From NCBI RefSeq assembly GCF_006345805.1, contig NC_043014.1:22816001-22880000 (forward strand): a DNA stretch of 64,000 bases. Reading direction: 5' to 3'. The notes beneath the pieces were generated by a model that did not search any database, was not told the DNA's origin, and saw only the letters and a program-made list of their open reading frames with translations. Within the stretch, counting starts at the first letter, position 1. The number at the start of each line of letters is the position of its first letter. Of the stretch, positions 60,837 through 64,000 are shown piece by piece. The DNA is from Octopus sinensis (lineage: Eukaryota). Position numbers and translations under genes: made by a program.

Positions 60837-61612
60837 ACACACAGTGGACTTCCACACTATTTCCTTCTATCAAATTCACTCACAGGACATTGGTTGAGCC
60901 AATGCTATATAAAGAAGACACATGCCTCAGTTCAACACAGTGGGACGGTACCCCATCAAACACGTAGAGCATGTTAACAACACACTCATGCATCATTGCA
61001 TATCTGTTGAATGTGCACTGTCAATGTGTATGTTCGACAAAGTGCTAATGTATTGAGAGAAAAACTGGGCATGAAATGAATCAGATGTAGTGTGCATGTA
61101 GGAAGACTGTGCTGTTATGATCATGTGATTGTTTGTATGAGAATAGTTGTATAAAGAAGTGTTGATCAATTAAAGTGAATGGAATTTGTGGAAGACAGAG
61201 GCCCAGGAAGACATGAGACTGAAGGCTGATTTCAAGATGCTGAGCTTTATGAAAGAGATCACAGAAGACTGAGATAACTGGAGATTTGCTGTGCTTGAGA
61301 AGACCCATCCATCACAGCAAAAGTGAAATCCTAAAATCACTTGGTATGTTTGTTCATATAGGGCCCTGTCTCACCTTTTCTACTCACCCCTTCTCTCTCT
61401 CTGCCCCATCAAACATTCCCTCAATTCTCACTCCCTTTCACCTATCACTCCCCTATCTATGGTACTACTCAGCTGTTGTTACAACCTCAGAGCTGAATTG
61501 GCATATCTTACATCCCCTTCCTCTGCTCCCCCTGGAACTACTTCCATTTTTCATCATCATTCCTCCTCACAAAATTTCGGCTAATCACATCCTTTTGTAT
61601 GTGAGTAGGTCA

Positions 61613-61820
61613 TCTATACAGATTTTCTATAGAAATTATAGCCAACACTGATTTTGTTATGACATTTCGTATCCAAGATGTCAGATGTAAACAAACAATG
61701 AGCTCTTCATCTTCAATTTCATTGTTTGTTTCCATTATTTGTTTACATTTGACATCTTGGATACAAAACGTTATAGCAAAATTAGTGCTGACTATAATTT
61801 CTATAGAAAATCTATAGAGA
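61613..61820. repeat. Fold-back with ~88-bp imperfect arms and a ~32-nt loop
   Basis: 61613-61700 vs the reverse complement of 61733-61820; the differences are mostly transitions. Confidence 0.85.
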
Positions 61821-63119
61821 TACCTTAACACATTGTTTAAGTGCACTGCTAACACAGTGTATAGACTTATAAAAATGTTTAATATAATTTGTAGTATATT
61901 ATTGTTACGTAATGAAACACAGTGTGCCTACAAGTTATTAATCCTTTTGTACTTTCATCCACTGATCTCCCTCCTCTGCTATACCCCATTCTTAACACCT
62001 CTCTAATCTGCTATTATTCTCATTGCTTCCTCATTTCTACCATCACACCCCACTTCACTACAGCTCCTGTATATACCTCTCCATCTCCCTCTCCACTGCT
62101 CCCACATCTTGTATATCATTTCGCTTCTTTCTAATCTACTCTTCCCCTTGAACCACTCCTGCACCTTTCGCCTTAGGCTTCTCCCTACCGGTATTTCCCT
62201 CAACTTAACCTCCACCCTTGTTCGTCACTCCTACATTTACCTCCAGCCTCACCTTTTACACTCTCTGAAAGCATCCACTCTCTCTTCCCCTCCCATGACC
62301 TACTCTCCACATCCTCTCCTATGCTCCCTTTCTTGTACCTTGAGAGTTTGCTCTGATACTTCATCAGTACTTTCCTTTCATCTTTTCCTCAAGTACTCCC
62401 ACCCACCACTTTATATAAGAAGGGCAGCTACGTATATCCTCCGTAGTAAGACACTTGTGCTTGTTTCTCTCTCATACTTTAGCCCATTGTTACTCAACCA
62501 TTTTTGCCTATGAACCCCTTTGATTCCTATTTTATTTTATATTCAATGTATATAAAAAAAAGTCCTACTATATTTTTATAATTAAATATTATTAGGAATT
62601 GTAAAAGAAATTAGAATATTTTGTGTATTGTACAAGTATAACCAATTTACTTCACATAAATTTCAACGGCAAAATCTTATATGGATCTTAAATGACCAAA
62701 TAGATCCTGGTAGAGAAACACTGCTTTAGCTTATGAACACCCAGCATAAAGCTACCTTCCCCTCTCAAGTACTCCCCATTTAGTGGTGGAAGCCTTTTTC
62801 TTTTTTCCCCTTCCTGTTCTTCTCTCTTGCACATTACTTGGTAACCTCACTGATACCAGTGATATGAAAAAATAGCACCCAGTAAAGTGGTTGACATTAG
62901 GAAGGGCATCCAACCATAGCAACCACACCAAAGCTGATATTAGAGTTGATGCAGACTTGTGACTCACCAGATACTGTCAAACCATCTGACCCATGGCAGC
63001 ATGGAAAGTGGATGTTAAAGGATGATGATGATATGTATATATTGCAATTTAAAGAAATATATTTTTATGCACTCTAATCTTCAACAACTTCCTCAGTAGG
63101 AATGCCACCAATGCCAGCA

Positions 63120-63135
63120 TTACTGGTGTTGTTGT

Positions 63136-63194
<59 letters not shown>

Positions 63195-63215
63195 TCATTA
63201 TCATTATTATTATTT
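63120..63215 (+). repeat. (CTA)n / (TTA)n microsatellite
   Basis: Read directly. Confidence 0.9.
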
Positions 63216-63702
63216 TCAGCCCCCACTTCCTTTTTTTGCTGCATGCATTTAATTCTCAGAGCTAGGAAAAATAAGTAATAACCCCCTCCTCCCAGGTTTA
63301 CAGCTGCACTGTTATCACCCCAGGACAAAGCTTACATTTGCTTAGATTCCAGTCAAATATGTCCCCACGCACCTCTCTCTCAACAACCAATATACAAAAG
63401 GGGTGTCATGCTGTTTTTAGGTAAAACAGGAAGTTCTCTGGCTGTGTGAATAAATAAAGTGTTGATTTGTGAAATTAGGTATTTCTTGGGAAGTTTGAAA
63501 AAAAAGTGAAAAGAAGCATGCATCTTTTCATCTGCTTGTTGATATATACTTATATATATCATGAATATTATATATATGTGTGTGTGTGTGTGTGTATTTA
63601 TGTATATAAATAGATAGATAGATGCATATATGTGATATACAAATACATTTCAAAATTGAGTAAAAATTGAATTAAATTGAAAATCATTATATATACACAT
63701 TT

Positions 63703-63935
63703 GGAAGTGCAATGGCCCAGTGGTTAGGGCAGCGGACTTGCGGTCGGAGGATCGCGGTTTCAATTCCCAGACCGGGCGTTGTGTGTGTTTATTGAGCGAA
63801 AACACCTAAAAGCTCCACGAGGCTCCGGCAGGGGGTGGTGGTGATCCCTGCTGTACTCTTTCACCACTCTAAAGGCGGTGCTCCAGCATGGCCGCAGTCA
63901 AATGACTGGAACAAGTACAAAAAAAAAAAAAAAAA
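63703..63935 (+). mobile_element. tRNA-derived SINE with an A-rich end
   Basis: A-box TGGCCCAGTGG and B-box GGTTTCAATTCC; tail AAGGCGGTGCTCCAGCATGGCCGCAGTCAAATGACTG. Confidence 0.9.
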
Positions 63936-64000
63936 TACACTCATATATGCATATATATATACATATATATATATACATACACACACATATATATAAATAT

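Noticed and set aside
63336-63410. Candidate minus-strand exon (CAG...GTAAGC)
   Set aside because: All three frames contain a stop, and there is no recognisable peptide.

Overview
This is AT-rich, microsatellite-dense eukaryotic DNA made almost entirely of nested transposable elements. The SINE and RTE families suggest a cephalopod, probably Octopus (inference from family recognition, not a database hit). I could not support any host protein-coding exon, rRNA, true tRNA or CRISPR array. Content: one dominant RTE LINE family in about 10 recognisable pieces, one of which keeps an uninterrupted 781-codon RT frame with an embedded C4HC3 PHD-type finger; a decayed Gypsy LTR element; two Penelope-like (PLE) ORF relics; CR1, L1/Tx1, BovB-like and R4/Dong-like relics; Tigger, mariner, Tc1-like and hAT relics; a non-autonomous Helitron inside a hAT ORF; tRNA-derived SINEs; and four fold-back elements, one enclosing a TTAGGG/TTGGGG array. 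The most interesting signal lies outside the ORF track. Seven minimal type-I hammerhead-ribozyme folds of varying integrity are present, most with palindromic helix III. One sits in an inverted, circularly permuted duplication (23139-23793) from which a 357-nt hammerhead-bearing monomer can be rebuilt, a candidate cephalopod non-LTR retrozyme / small circular RNA. All folds were derived by hand, and most element boundaries are approximate.
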